Source: Thermoanaerobaculia bacterium (GTDB lineage: Bacteria; Acidobacteriota; Thermoanaerobaculia; Gp7-AA8). From it: a stretch of DNA of 64,000 nt. The stretch covers positions 99,637-163,636 of the forward strand of contig DASVQE010000052.1 of assembly GCA_036389275.1 (NCBI GenBank), in the 5' to 3' direction. The notes beneath the pieces are model-generated. The model was not told where the DNA came from. It saw nothing but the letters and a program-made list of their open reading frames with translations, and did no database searches. Position 1 is the first letter of the stretch. Each line of letters begins with the position of its first letter. The position numbers and the translations under genes were made by a program. Below, one piece after another: positions 10,333-20,960 of this stretch.

Positions 10333-10833
10333 GGGGTTGTCCTCCGAAAGAGCGATCGTTGCTCTTTCAGCGGGGCGACTCGTGCGCATCCCACACACGA
10401 AGCTATCTCGCCAGCGACCGAATTGGTCGCAGCGGGACCTCGCCAGGCATCACGTCGTCGCGGTGGCGAAAGATTCGCTGATCGTGCGGTGCGCACCACC
10501 GGTCCGAAGCGCAACCATCGCCAGGAGGACGAGCCAGAAGAACACCGCTGACGTGAAGGATCGCAAGAAACCCCGGCAACGCCTGAGCGCGTGAGACGCT
10601 TCCTCCGGGGCGATTTGCTCAACTTCTTAGCACACTCCCAACCCGGCTGCCTGGCGTCGATTCCGAAATTCAAAGGTAGGGAAATTCCTTTCGGCGTCAC
10701 TCCTCCTATTGAACGGCTGCTTTGGGTCCAAGCGTTCATCGCAACACTTCCCGGCTCGGAAAGGTATCGCGGGAGTTGGCTTCACGCGGTGATGCGTGTT
10801 TCCTCACCGGCCGGCGACTCGGGGAGGATCTTG

Positions 10834-12810
10834 ATGACCGCTGCTGCGTTGCCCATCGCGTATGATCCGGAGCCTGATTCTCTCAGTGGCAGGCCAACGC
10901 TTTTCCAACTGCACGAGCAAACGCTGCTCGACCTCGCCGCGATCTCTCAGCTTACGGAAGAAACACCCGCGTCGCGTGTCAGCGAGACGGTCGCAAACCT
11001 CGCAGCCCTGCACGACACCGAACTCGTCAAGAATTTAGAAACACGTGCGGCGCTACTCGACAGCGAAGCAACATTCGTGGAGGAAGACCTTCGCGAGCGG
11101 GCAGCGCTCGTCCCGGATCTCAAAGCCCGGTACACGCGCCGAGCGGAGTTGCGGGACACGCAGGTATCACTGAACGAACAGATCGTGCGCGCACAAGTGG
11201 AGCTCCTCGCGCGCCGGCAAAAAGCTGAAGAAGAGCGGCTCGAACTCGAGTTGGAGCGCGTGCGCTCTGAGGAAGCATCACTCCGCGCGCAGAACGATTC
11301 TGACACCGGCTTAGACGATCAACCGAATTCACGGCAGCAGCGTGTCGCACAACTCCAACAGCGCCGTGAGGAGATCCTCAAGACAGAAGCATCAGCATTC
11401 GAACGGGAAGAGTATCTACGGCAACGATGGATCACCCGCACAGTGGCAGGATTTCTCCTTTGGCTTGGCTACGCCAGCGTCGTTGCCACCGGGTCGGTAC
11501 TCGCATTGATCATGAGCGGACGAAGGGCATTTGATCTTCGTCCGCTCGTAGCAGGCACACGTGCCATCGTCGCCTCAATCTTTCCCACCTTCCCAGCATG
11601 GTTCCGACTCTCCGTAACGATCATCTACGTGGCGTTCCTGCTCGCCGCGATCATCGGGGTATTCATCGCGTGCGATGCAATCCTACGAAAGCGTTGGAAA
11701 TGGGACGCGGAGAAGAAGTCACGCCCAGATGCGAGCGCCCAGATGACGCCGCAGGCGCTCACACCCCGAACCTATGCGCGGTTCGTCGCGCTGCTACCTT
11801 TCACCTTTCTTGGAGCGATCCTGCTCGTTGTCCTCACCATCGCTCCGACCTTCGGACTCCGCTCAGGTGATGACGCCAGTGTCCTCATGTCGATCTTCCC
11901 GAGCGTCGGGTACTCATTCATCGGCATCACCATCGCGTTTCTCGCGACCGGCGTATTCATGATGTATTTCATCCGTGTCATCGAGCCGCGAAGTACCCAA
12001 GGAGCGGTCCTGCGCCACTCATGGGAGTTTGCGATACCACCGCTGCTGCTCGTCACCGCCTTAGCCGTCGCACCCTATCAACTTTCGATCAGCGCGGGTG
12101 CTTGGCTCCCTTGGGCGGCCTTCATGCTCATGAGTTCTCTTGCACTCGCCTCCGGGCTCGTCTTCTACGGCATCTTCAAGGATGCGCGACGAGCACGCGA
12201 GCGCGTCGTACGTATCGAGAAACGCCTCCAGCGCCTCACGGGCGTTCCGGCTGATGACGATGAGGACACCGAAGAGGAACGAACGCCACTCGCGAGTGAG
12301 CGAGACTGGCTCCAAAGGGTGCTGCGTCGGGTCCGCTTCGGCCGCGTACCACGTTCCGCACAGGAAGCCCATCAACCCCCCGACCCGAACGCGAGCCAGG
12401 ACCTTCTTGCGCCGCCGCCACCGATTCCCATAACGATCCTCGTGCCCGACTACCGCGCGATCGATATGGTCGTCGCGCCGGAACTCGTCATGGCGATCGA
12501 GCAACACCGCGGCGCGCTTCGCCGCATCGATGCCGACCTGCACGAAACGCAAGCGGCGATCGCACAACTAGAACCACTCGTCGCGCCGGAGACAATGAGC
12601 AAACTTCGCGAGCGACGTCTACTGCTTCAGGGTATGAAGCTCGCGCTTGCCACACATCAAGAAGAACGGCGACAACATGCACGTATCGACCAAGAGCTCC
12701 TGCTGCTGAAAATCGCCACAACACAAAGCGCGACGCAAGCCGTCGCACCACTCATCGCGGCCGTCAGGCATCCACTCGCGCCAGGGCCCGCTGAAGGAGC
12801 GACGCAATGA
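10834..12810 (+). CDS. Membrane protein with N- and C-terminal coiled-coils and about 6 TM helices
   Basis: GGAGG Shine-Dalgarno 7 nt before the ATG at 10834. The ORF is open from 10591. Hydrophobic segments flanked by charged coiled-coil regions. Confidence 0.6.
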   Translation: MTAAALPIAYDPEPDSLSGRPTLFQLHEQTLLDLAAISQLTEETPASRVSETVANLAALHDTELVKNLETRAALLDSEATFVEEDLRERAALVPDLKARYTRRAELRDTQVSLNEQIVRAQVELLARRQKAEEERLELELERVRSEEASLRAQNDSDTGLDDQPNSRQQRVAQLQQRREEILKTEASAFEREEYLRQRWITRTVAGFLLWLGYASVVATGSVLALIMSGRRAFDLRPLVAGTRAIVASIFPTFPAWFRLSVTIIYVAFLLAAIIGVFIACDAILRKRWKWDAEKKSRPDASAQMTPQALTPRTYARFVALLPFTFLGAILLVVLTIAPTFGLRSGDDASVLMSIFPSVGYSFIGITIAFLATGVFMMYFIRVIEPRSTQGAVLRHSWEFAIPPLLLVTALAVAPYQLSISAGAWLPWAAFMLMSSLALASGLVFYGIFKDARRARERVVRIEKRLQRLTGVPADDDEDTEEERTPLASERDWLQRVLRRVRFGRVPRSAQEAHQPPDPNASQDLLAPPPPIPITILVPDYRAIDMVVAPELVMAIEQHRGALRRIDADLHETQAAIAQLEPLVAPETMSKLRERRLLLQGMKLALATHQEERRQHARIDQELLLLKIATTQSATQAVAPLIAAVRHPLAPGPAEGATQ

Positions 12811-13988
12811 CCGAACAGCCCACAACGACACCGACGACGCATGACACGGATTGGCATGCCGGGTACGAGGACGGGATTATCGGCCAGACGTGGCTTGAGC
12901 ACCATCGCATGCTCGGATTCGAGGCTGAGCGTGAACACGCCGTGGAACGCGGCGAGATCGAAAAGCGCATCGCGCGGGCACGTGCCGATCTCGCTACCGC
13001 AACGGAGGCAGCCAAGCGCGACGACGAGACATTTCGGAAGATCGAGCAACGACTGGCCGATGCGAGCGAGGACCGGGACCGGTACCCAAACCAGTACTCA
13101 CCATGGATGGGTGCCGGCTTTGTGATCTGCGCGATCGCGATCATGGCGGCCGATTTCCCCTTATCCCGCGCGATAGCGGAACAGATTCTTCACCGCAAAG
13201 CAGCAGCCATCTTCTCGCATGCGAATCTCGTCGCATGGGGCATCGTCGCCATGGGACTGTTCTTCAAGCTCATGGCCGATCCATTCATGAGGCCACGCTA
13301 CCTGCTGCCCCCATACCTGCGCCGAATCTCCGTCGCCATGTCTGTGATCATCGCCATGATCATTGCACTCGGGCTTGCCTCGGTGCTCGGCATGCTAGGC
13401 CTCTTTCGAGGCGATACCATGACGCGCAGCACACCAGGAACCGCCACACGTTACGGCAGCACGACAACGACCGCTCCCGCGGCGCCGCCGCCACAGGCGA
13501 CAGGCCTTGCAAGTGTGTTCAGCCAGGACGCTGGCACGGTCGCAAAAGTCACGTTCCTCGCTCTCGCGCTCGTGCTGCCGATTATTGGCGGCATCTTTGC
13601 CGCCACCGGCACGGCACGCATCCACAACGCAAAACAGCTCAAGCGGTTCCACCGCACACACGACGCTCGCAAGGAGGCGCACGAGGCAATTGCACGCCAA
13701 GTGCAGGAACGAACCGCCGAAGTTGCGGTTCATGAGCGCGACTTGGCAACCGCGCAATCGCACGCGGTCCTCTCCGATAAGCGGTACCACACGTATCTGC
13801 ACGGGTACGAGCGCGGCCTGTGCGCTGCACAACCGAGCACGGGCATCGCCGAACAAATTCTCCAGTTTCTTCATCGGTGGGTGACGGCCGCGCACCAACG
13901 CGAGAACTTCATCAGAACCACCCTGGTCGCGAACCAGCAACGCGCCCGCACGGTGTGGGAGAACCAATGCGACGAGCAGGCATCTTAA
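12807..13988 (+). CDS. Membrane protein with coiled-coil segments
   Basis: ATGA overlap with the upstream gene. Several TM helices. Confidence 0.55.
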   Translation: MTEQPTTTPTTHDTDWHAGYEDGIIGQTWLEHHRMLGFEAEREHAVERGEIEKRIARARADLATATEAAKRDDETFRKIEQRLADASEDRDRYPNQYSPWMGAGFVICAIAIMAADFPLSRAIAEQILHRKAAAIFSHANLVAWGIVAMGLFFKLMADPFMRPRYLLPPYLRRISVAMSVIIAMIIALGLASVLGMLGLFRGDTMTRSTPGTATRYGSTTTTAPAAPPPQATGLASVFSQDAGTVAKVTFLALALVLPIIGGIFAATGTARIHNAKQLKRFHRTHDARKEAHEAIARQVQERTAEVAVHERDLATAQSHAVLSDKRYHTYLHGYERGLCAAQPSTGIAEQILQFLHRWVTAAHQRENFIRTTLVANQQRARTVWENQCDEQAS

Positions 13989-14743
13989 GCCTTCTGCTGC
14001 TCGCGTCCTGCACGATGTGCGAGGGACCGGAACCGCCGAAACCTCCGGCACGCACGTACTTCGTCTTCCTCGATCTCACGCGGAGCCTCAACGATGCACA
14101 GCAGCAATCGGTCAACGAGCGGATCAATGACCTCTGCCGTGGGATTCCTGGTCGCTCGCGGCTTACGGTGCTACCGCTTGGCGGTTACGTCGCGCGCGCG
14201 GGCGTGCTCCTCCATGAAGAACTACCAGACGATAGTTTCGTCGACGGCGAACGCGACCTTGCAGATCGCCGGGCCGCCTTGCCCGGTGAGATCGCGACGG
14301 CAGCGCAGAACTACAACGCGAGCATCACGGACAAGAACTTTCTCAAGAAGACCTGCATCTCGCATGCACTCCACGAGGCACAACAGCGCATCGCAACGAG
14401 TGGTAGCCAAGAACCTGCTGAGATCATCTTCATTAGCGACATGCTGGAAGACTGTCCAACATCAGTGCTCGGCGGATCGCTATCGCTGGAAAAGCCCGAC
14501 ATTCACGAAGAACTCAAAAGAGCACAAACACTCGATCGACCCCTTCCCGACCTGCGCGGAGCCAACATCACAGCGATCATTCCTGAAACCGGGCCAACGG
14601 CGACCAAGACCCCACAACCAAGCCTGCCAGAGCTGGAGTCGTTCTGGGGAACGATCTTCAAAGGCTGTCACACCGCGAGCTTCTCACTCGGAACCAGCAT
14701 TCCGAGGCGGCTACTTCCTTCGGAGCCGAAGGAAGATGAGTAG
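13967..14743 (+). CDS. Lipoprotein, possible degenerate vWA-like fold
   Basis: Signal peptide plus lipobox LLLLASC. YFVFLDLTRSL … EIIFISDMLED. Confidence 0.5.
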   Translation: MRRAGILSLLLLASCTMCEGPEPPKPPARTYFVFLDLTRSLNDAQQQSVNERINDLCRGIPGRSRLTVLPLGGYVARAGVLLHEELPDDSFVDGERDLADRRAALPGEIATAAQNYNASITDKNFLKKTCISHALHEAQQRIATSGSQEPAEIIFISDMLEDCPTSVLGGSLSLEKPDIHEELKRAQTLDRPLPDLRGANITAIIPETGPTATKTPQPSLPELESFWGTIFKGCHTASFSLGTSIPRRLLPSEPKEDE

Positions 14744-14871
14744 GACGGCGTTCGGCCGACTGCACTGGACAGAATGCGGCTCAGCGCTGATTTGCTAAAT
14801 AAGCAAACGGAGGAGTAATCCCACCGCAGGGACGATACTGTTCAGGGTGTTCGCGATGGCTTCCGGCCGGA

Positions 14872-15141
14872 GTGCCTTTGTGCGCGGTCTGCGACAGGGA
14901 ACCGACGCCGTATGTTCCGAAATGCGGCGGCTGCGGTAAACCGAATGAGGATCACGCGGTGGTGAAAGAGTGCTGGGCGACGTCCGAGGAGTCGCGCGTT
15001 CTTTCGAGACGGACACTGCGTCTTCACATGGCGGCTCGGCCATCGTTACGTACCTCGACGGTCGCGGTGAAGGCGGAATTCTATCGCAAACTCTCCATCT
15101 GCGGTCGGGCGGCTGAGGGGTGCCAGGTTACGGCAGGGTAG
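14872..15141 (+). CDS. Small zinc-ribbon-like protein (GTG start)
   Basis: CAVC…CGGC motifs. Weak start context. Confidence 0.2.
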   Translation: MPLCAVCDREPTPYVPKCGGCGKPNEDHAVVKECWATSEESRVLSRRTLRLHMAARPSLRTSTVAVKAEFYRKLSICGRAAEGCQVTAG

Positions 15142-15206
15142 GGAATGGCAGCGTTCACGACACTCCTCATGTGAGGTCCGAGTTATCCAGAAGAAGGAGT
15201 TTCGCG

Positions 15207-15833
15207 ATGCGTTACGTGCTCGCACTGCTGCTCTCACTGTTTCCGCTCTCGCTAGTTGCGCAGGCGAACGGCAAGCTACAGTTGCACTTCATCGACGTCG
15301 GCCAAGGAGAGGGTGCACTGCTCGTCAGCCCCAGCCGGCAGACGGTGCTCTTTGATAACGGCGACCTCAGCGGCGTGGAGACCGACGACTACCTGGACAT
15401 CGAGACCGGCCTCGAGCCCGACGTGGGTCAGGTCGAGGTGTACAAGGTGCACCACCACGGGAGCCGGTACAGCAGCAACGAGGACTGGCTCGCCACCATC
15501 CAGCCACGCATCGGCGTTATCAGCACGGGTACGAAGAACAAGTACGGTCACCCGACACAGGAATGCCTCGACCGCCTCCACGACGCCGGCATTACGACGT
15601 TCTGGACGAGCAGAGGCAAGGGTGCCACACCTGACCCGCAGCAAGACACGATCGCCGGCACGGTCATCGTCGAGTACACACCCGGCACCGGCAGCTTTAC
15701 CGTGACCGGGACCCGCGCGAACGTCCACCACCCCTCGTGCCTCTGGGCGGACGCGATCAGCCCAGCGAATCGCCGCACGGGCACACCACCGAATGGTTGG
15801 ACGCTCCACGCAGGGTGCCCCACTACTGAGTAA
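15207..15833 (+). CDS. Secreted MBL-fold metallo-hydrolase (ComEC/YqgX-like)
   Basis: Signal peptide. LQLHFIDVGQGEGALLVSP, HHHGS and GHP motifs. Confidence 0.65.
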   Translation: MRYVLALLLSLFPLSLVAQANGKLQLHFIDVGQGEGALLVSPSRQTVLFDNGDLSGVETDDYLDIETGLEPDVGQVEVYKVHHHGSRYSSNEDWLATIQPRIGVISTGTKNKYGHPTQECLDRLHDAGITTFWTSRGKGATPDPQQDTIAGTVIVEYTPGTGSFTVTGTRANVHHPSCLWADAISPANRRTGTPPNGWTLHAGCPTTE

Positions 15834-15838
15834 CCCAT

Positions 15839-16765
15839 ATGGACCGGGTGGCGAGACCAGAGCCGGAGGCACGCGGGCGCAAAGAGAAAACGAGCGCTGC
15901 GTCACTCCAATGGTCGAGGTGCGCTACGACACCCCCGCAATTCTTCGCACGTACGCTGCGTGCCGCCCTTGACGCCCTCGCCGGCACGCCAGGAGTGCAG
16001 CTGTCCTTCCTCGGCCACCGGCCGGGTTCGCAGGAACTCGCTTTCATCTGCTGCACCAGCGGTGGGTGCGTCCTGCCAAGGAGTCTCATGTGGACCGATA
16101 ACACCGGCGATCACGAAATCCCCGTACACCGCGAAGCTTATCTAGGGAGCGAGGCCGAAGCCGGCACGGTCGGCATCGGTGACCGGATTCGTCGCGCGAA
16201 CGGCGAAAGCGCCACTGTCGGGATCGTTATGGACCACCACCAGTTCGGACCGGTGCTCACGACAGCAGGACACCTGTTTCTCGACGGTTTTACGGATGGT
16301 GAACGCGTCTTCCTCACCACCGGCGGCGTGACCTACCCGGGCCGCGTCGTGAGCCGGCGGCTGGCAACCTCCCTCGACTACGCGCTCATCCAGCTCGACG
16401 AGCCGCTACAGCACCGCAACTGGTACTTACCACAGTACCGGCTGCGACAGCTCTTCGCGCCGAGTCAGGTCGACCGCGGTACTGCGCTCTTCATTCTCAC
16501 GGCGGATCGGCTGCCTCGTAACGTCACGTGTAAAGCCGTCGGCGCACGCGGGATGATCGACGGTCGGCCGATGGAAGACTTGATCCTCACCGAGTGGCGT
16601 ACGCGGCCAGGCGATTCCGGTGCATGCCTCGTCGACGCGCAGCAGCGCGCGTGGGGCTTACTCGTGGGCCGCATCGATACCGCGACATTCTCGCTTTCCG
16701 CCTTTGCGCCCGCACACCTCGCGGTCTTTGAAGAAACTAGTACGTTCATAACAAGAGAGGAGTAA
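15839..16765 (+). CDS. Trypsin-like (S1) serine protease
   Basis: TTAGHLF (His), GDSGACL (Ser). Confidence 0.65.
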   Translation: MDRVARPEPEARGRKEKTSAASLQWSRCATTPPQFFARTLRAALDALAGTPGVQLSFLGHRPGSQELAFICCTSGGCVLPRSLMWTDNTGDHEIPVHREAYLGSEAEAGTVGIGDRIRRANGESATVGIVMDHHQFGPVLTTAGHLFLDGFTDGERVFLTTGGVTYPGRVVSRRLATSLDYALIQLDEPLQHRNWYLPQYRLRQLFAPSQVDRGTALFILTADRLPRNVTCKAVGARGMIDGRPMEDLILTEWRTRPGDSGACLVDAQQRAWGLLVGRIDTATFSLSAFAPAHLAVFEETSTFITREE

Positions 16766-16769
16766 GTTC

Positions 16770-18158
16770 ATGTACCGCTTCCTAGCATTCGTCCCCATAG
16801 CACTTTTTACGCTAGCCATCAATGCACAAAACTGCGCGGACCTCATCACTATTCAGCAATCTCTTACGGTCCAAGGGCCGAATGACGCTACCCACGTCGC
16901 GGTCATGGACCAAGCTACCCCGCCAAACACCATCGCCGTGGCGGCGACACCGAACGGGACGTGGACGATCAGTGCAGCGGACGTAACCACCCTCGGCAAT
17001 GCTGCGTTGCTCGCAGACACCGCAACGCGTCGAAACTTCAACATCCAGTTCTTGCGCAACGGCACGCGCGTCGGTGGGCCTCGACCGTTCATTCGGACAG
17101 GGCAAGAGCGCAACATCGTCTGCCCGCCTGTGGCGAATCCGCCCGTCGTAAACCCGCCCGTGGTAAATCCGCCTGTCGCAAACCCGCCGGCCAATAACGC
17201 GCCTCCTCCCGAAGACGCGATCGCAGCATGCAACCGCATCGGTCCCGATCAGATCGCGCTGCTGGAGCAGGAGCGCAAGGTGCGGCGTGACCCAGGCTTC
17301 ACCGCACTCTTCTTCACCGCGGACGGTCAACTCTGCCACTGGAACCGACAGTTTGGCGTCGAAGGTGACCCGATTCACGTTATCCTGATCAACGACGGAT
17401 CGCTCGCCGGCACGCCGCAGGCGCAGTTCGCGCCGTGCGCACTGGAACCCGCCGGGATCTCGGCATACGTCCCCGGGACATTCCCAACACTGCCCCAATC
17501 GAACGCGGCAGGCCCTATTCTCTACACGCCACTTCGTCTCCTGCCACGACGCTGCTTCAACGCGAGCGTCGATATCACCGTCGACGGTCGCAAGCTTGAC
17601 GCGAACAACAACAGCGTGCCCTTCCAGGGACGCCATACACTCACGCAGTACACGCGCTACCGCACCACTCTCCAAGTCGGCACGGCCTTCACCGATCTGC
17701 ATGACAACACTTACGGCCTGCGCGCCGACGGGACCCAGATGCGCATCTTCAACAAAGGCCCGATTAATGAGGGACCAGAATACTTCGCCAGCGTCGTCAT
17801 TTACTCATTCCCCAGTTACCTGCGCGAATTAAGCAGCCGCGGACGCTACCACTATTTCGGTAGGGACATCGTCAACGACCAAGGATTTACTGATCGCATC
17901 GGTTTGGCACTCGGCGCCTCAGCGAGTAACCCCGGGCGTCGCTTTCTTACCGGGATCTCCTTTGAAATTGTTCGCGGCGTGAATCTCGTTGGGATGTACG
18001 AGTGGGCACGTGTCAAGCGCTTGGTCGGCGTCAAGGAAGATGACGTTTTCGCTGGGGCAGAGAACACGATTCCGGTGCGTGACACGTGGGAAAGCTCATT
18101 CGCCGGCGGTATCTCACTGGATTTCCGGTACGTAACGCTGCTCTTCTCACGACAATGA
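16770..18158 (+). CDS. Secreted protein with a Pro-rich tandem repeat (NPPVV x4)
   Basis: Signal peptide MYRFLAFVPIALFTLAINAQ. 15-bp coding tandem repeats at about 17131..17200. Confidence 0.6.
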   Translation: MYRFLAFVPIALFTLAINAQNCADLITIQQSLTVQGPNDATHVAVMDQATPPNTIAVAATPNGTWTISAADVTTLGNAALLADTATRRNFNIQFLRNGTRVGGPRPFIRTGQERNIVCPPVANPPVVNPPVVNPPVANPPANNAPPPEDAIAACNRIGPDQIALLEQERKVRRDPGFTALFFTADGQLCHWNRQFGVEGDPIHVILINDGSLAGTPQAQFAPCALEPAGISAYVPGTFPTLPQSNAAGPILYTPLRLLPRRCFNASVDITVDGRKLDANNNSVPFQGRHTLTQYTRYRTTLQVGTAFTDLHDNTYGLRADGTQMRIFNKGPINEGPEYFASVVIYSFPSYLRELSSRGRYHYFGRDIVNDQGFTDRIGLALGASASNPGRRFLTGISFEIVRGVNLVGMYEWARVKRLVGVKEDDVFAGAENTIPVRDTWESSFAGGISLDFRYVTLLFSRQ

Positions 18159-19333
18159 CCACTCCCAACTGGCCGCATCTCGTCCGATACGCACCGGTCT
18201 TCGGCGTGCTCACGCTCCTCGCGGTCTGGGGTGTGTGCGGGATGTTTGCTGGTTGGCGCGTACAACGGTGGTGGTGCGGTGCAGACAAGAAACCCAGCAC
18301 GTCGAAATTCCAACTCTTCTTGTGGACGACGGTCGTCCTATTTGCTTACAGCACGATCACGGCACGGTTCATCCTCAAAGGATTGGCCGTGGCGATCGAC
18401 CCCAAGTGTGGCACGCTACCGAGCAACATTCTCGTAGTCCTTGGGCTGAGCGGTGCTACCGCGGCCGTCGCGAAGGGCATCACCGTGGGATACATCAACT
18501 CTGGCCGTCTGGCCAAAAACAACGACGCCGCGCCGGGCGCGCCGACGGGCGGCGTGCTCACCTCTGATGAGGGTGAGCCAGATTTGAGCAAATTGCAGAT
18601 CACGGCATGGACGTTCGTCGCGATCGTGATTTACCTCATCCAGTTTTTTCGAGCCTTGCCCTCGATTCCAGGCGACGGGATTGACGCCCCGGGATGTGCG
18701 GTTCCAGACATCGATGCCACGCTCATGGTGCTCATGGGCCTCAGCCAAGGAGCCTACGTCGGTAAGAAACTCGTAACGATGGACACGCCGCGTATCGCGA
18801 GCATCACGCCGCAGCGCGGCCCCATCGGTACGGTCGTGACCGTCCACGGCGCATCCTTCGGCGCGGCACAGCAGGGCAGCACGATACTGATTGATGGACA
18901 GCCGGTGCCGCTCGTCGCGACGTCCTGGGCTGATACCCAAATCACCTTCAGCATGCCGCTAGCGCAGCCATCCGGCATCGCGTGGAGTCCTGGGCCGCAC
19001 ACGATCAGTTTGCTCGTCGGTGGGCGCGCCGCGGAGGGCGCGCTCGCCTTCACGCTTACCCCGCCCACCATCACCGCGATCGCGCCCGGCATCGCAAAAC
19101 CAGGCACTGCGGTCACACTCTATGGCTTCTTTGGCGCCCCAGATCCGACAAGTGTCGTGCTCATGGACGGGACCGTGCTGCCCGCTGGTGTCAGTTGGGC
19201 GCAAGACACGATCACGGTCTTGATTCCTAGTCAGTATGTAAGCGGTGCCGCGTGGCAGCCGAATCAGAACGTGCAGCTCAGCGTACGCGTCCAAGGCATC
19301 GTGAGCAATGCGATGCTCGTCACTATTACCTGA
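18155..19333 (+). CDS. Membrane protein (4 TM) with C-terminal IPT/TIG-like Ig-fold domains
   Basis: ATGA overlap with the upstream gene. TM segments, then repeated ITAIAPG…GTAVTLYG / ITPQRGPIGTVVTVHG motifs. Confidence 0.6.
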   Translation: MTTPNWPHLVRYAPVFGVLTLLAVWGVCGMFAGWRVQRWWCGADKKPSTSKFQLFLWTTVVLFAYSTITARFILKGLAVAIDPKCGTLPSNILVVLGLSGATAAVAKGITVGYINSGRLAKNNDAAPGAPTGGVLTSDEGEPDLSKLQITAWTFVAIVIYLIQFFRALPSIPGDGIDAPGCAVPDIDATLMVLMGLSQGAYVGKKLVTMDTPRIASITPQRGPIGTVVTVHGASFGAAQQGSTILIDGQPVPLVATSWADTQITFSMPLAQPSGIAWSPGPHTISLLVGGRAAEGALAFTLTPPTITAIAPGIAKPGTAVTLYGFFGAPDPTSVVLMDGTVLPAGVSWAQDTITVLIPSQYVSGAAWQPNQNVQLSVRVQGIVSNAMLVTIT

Positions 19334-19384
19334 CGGCGAGTCTCGCCAGGCTCGAAGGAGTCGCCGGTCGGGGCGACGTTCTAA

Positions 19385-19675
19385 CTATCGGAGCCGGAAA
19401 CGACGCAGTCTCGCGATCGTCAAGCGCGCGAGGAGGTCGCTGCGCGGCACGTTGAGCGCTCGGCACAAGCGCAGGACTACGACGACGCCTGCTTCTTTTG
19501 CGCCCGTCGCGATGCGACTTACGTGATGCTGGACGAGATCCGCACGCTCGGCGAGTTCTTCCTGCGAAAGGCCGCGTAACTTGCGGTACGCCGCACGTCC
19601 TGACCCAGGGTTCGTAGGCCGCCCGCTGCATTTCTGACTTGCGGCCCGCCGACTTCCGACTTGCGGACCGAACAC
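19385..19675 (-). CDS. XRE-family HTH regulator (GTG start, low-complexity N-terminus)
   Basis: LRGLSQEELAERADLVQHHVSRIATG. Three ACTTGCGG direct repeats overlap its 5' end. Confidence 0.4.
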   Translation of the reverse strand: MFGPQVGSRRAASQKCSGRPTNPGSGRAAYRKLRGLSQEELAERADLVQHHVSRIATGAKEAGVVVVLRLCRALNVPRSDLLARLTIARLRRFRLR

Positions 19676-19776
19676 TCACCCGTTCCGCGGCTAGGATTCG
19701 GTGGATACGTTCACACGTAGGTACGTCGACTCAGGTATCTTCGGTGAGAGCGCAGGGCGATGCGCGCGGATCATCT

Positions 19777-20565
19777 CTAGCGGAAACGCGATGCGCGTGC
19801 CAAGCAAGCAGTGCTCCTGCTTGCGGACCTCGATGGCGATACGACGAGCCGTTCCTCGTTCGTTCCGGCGATGATTTCGTCCCACGTACCAATGCGAAAC
19901 ACCGCGCCGCCACTCACACCATGCGGGTCGGGCGGTCGCTGCACACGCGCCGTGCGCGACACCATCTTCTTCGCATCGAAATCGATGCACACGTGCGTCT
20001 CCAACTGAAATCCACGTGGATACTTTTCCGGCGACAGCGCGTCGCTGGTGAGACGCAGCGGCTCGATCGTCAGAACACCACCGCGCGGGCCATCGTGCTG
20101 CGAGCTGGGATACGCGACGAACGTGTACCGCGTGCGTGGGCCCGGCGCATCACTCGGATCAATTTGCGTGACATCCAGGAACCGGAAGTGCGTCCCCACC
20201 TCATCGCGGAGCGCCGGGGATAACGGTACTGCGCCGATATCGATCCAGTCATCCTCCCGGCGACCTGAGGCCGGCAACGGTGATTTCAAGGCTTGTCCGC
20301 CGATCGGCACCAGCGCACCGCGACCGGGCACCTCGATATTCGTCATGGCCCGACGGTTCTCATCCAGGACATGCGCGGCCGTGACGAGAAATCCCTCGTC
20401 GTGCACCTGCACAAGCACGCCGGAGCCGATCACGTACCGCTGGCCGCGCTCGTCTGTCCCGTAGAGTGGAACGACGTACTTCGCGACACGATCTTCTACG
20501 AGCGCGAGGCGGCGATTGAATTCACGATGCGCGCGCGAAAGCGCCGGGAGTCTGAACTTCGCCAT
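19777..20565 (-). CDS. Trypsin-like serine peptidase
   Basis: GSGVLV…LVTAAHV and GVSGGAVF motifs. Confidence 0.55.
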   Translation of the reverse strand: MAKFRLPALSRAHREFNRRLALVEDRVAKYVVPLYGTDERGQRYVIGSGVLVQVHDEGFLVTAAHVLDENRRAMTNIEVPGRGALVPIGGQALKSPLPASGRREDDWIDIGAVPLSPALRDEVGTHFRFLDVTQIDPSDAPGPRTRYTFVAYPSSQHDGPRGGVLTIEPLRLTSDALSPEKYPRGFQLETHVCIDFDAKKMVSRTARVQRPPDPHGVSGGAVFRIGTWDEIIAGTNEERLVVSPSRSASRSTACLARASRFR

Positions 20566-20597
20566 TCCTCATGCCGAGAACACCAGCGGGCCCGTTG

Positions 20598-20864
20598 CTA
20601 CTCCTCGCGGCGCGATCGCCGCTTCTCGGGGAGATTGCTCACGTACGTCTTCGTGAACGCCGTGAAGAACTCGCTCGGTGCGACGCCGATCGCCTTCGCG
20701 AGGTAGACGATGTTCTCGAGTCCGAGATTGCGCTTGCCGCCTTCGACCTGCGAGAGGTACGTCCAGTGGATGTCCGCCCGGTCGGCGACCTCCTCCTGCG
20801 TGAGCCCTGCCTCCTCGCGCAGCTTGCGGAGCGTCTGACCGAAGAGCTCGCCGACCGAAGCCAC
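20598..20864 (-). CDS. XRE-family HTH transcriptional regulator
   Basis: LRKLREEAGLTQEEVADRADIHWTYLSQVEGGKRN. Confidence 0.65.
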   Translation of the reverse strand: MASVGELFGQTLRKLREEAGLTQEEVADRADIHWTYLSQVEGGKRNLGLENIVYLAKAIGVAPSEFFTAFTKTYVSNLPEKRRSRREE

Positions 20865-20960
20865 ACGGCCACTCTAGGAACGCCTCCGATTTGCGACCAT
20901 AGACTTTGAGCCAAGTATCTGCTTAGACTATCAGCCAAAAGCGACAAGGAGGTTAGCCGA

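Noticed and set aside
14791-14807. 17-bp inverted repeat TTTGCT-aaata-AGCAAA in an AT-rich spacer
   Set aside because: Short arms. Could be an operator, but the sequence alone is insufficient.
17131-17200. 15-bp tandem repeats as a possible CRISPR or VNTR
   Set aside because: They are in-frame and encode the NPPVV Pro-rich linker of a secreted protein. There are no spacers.
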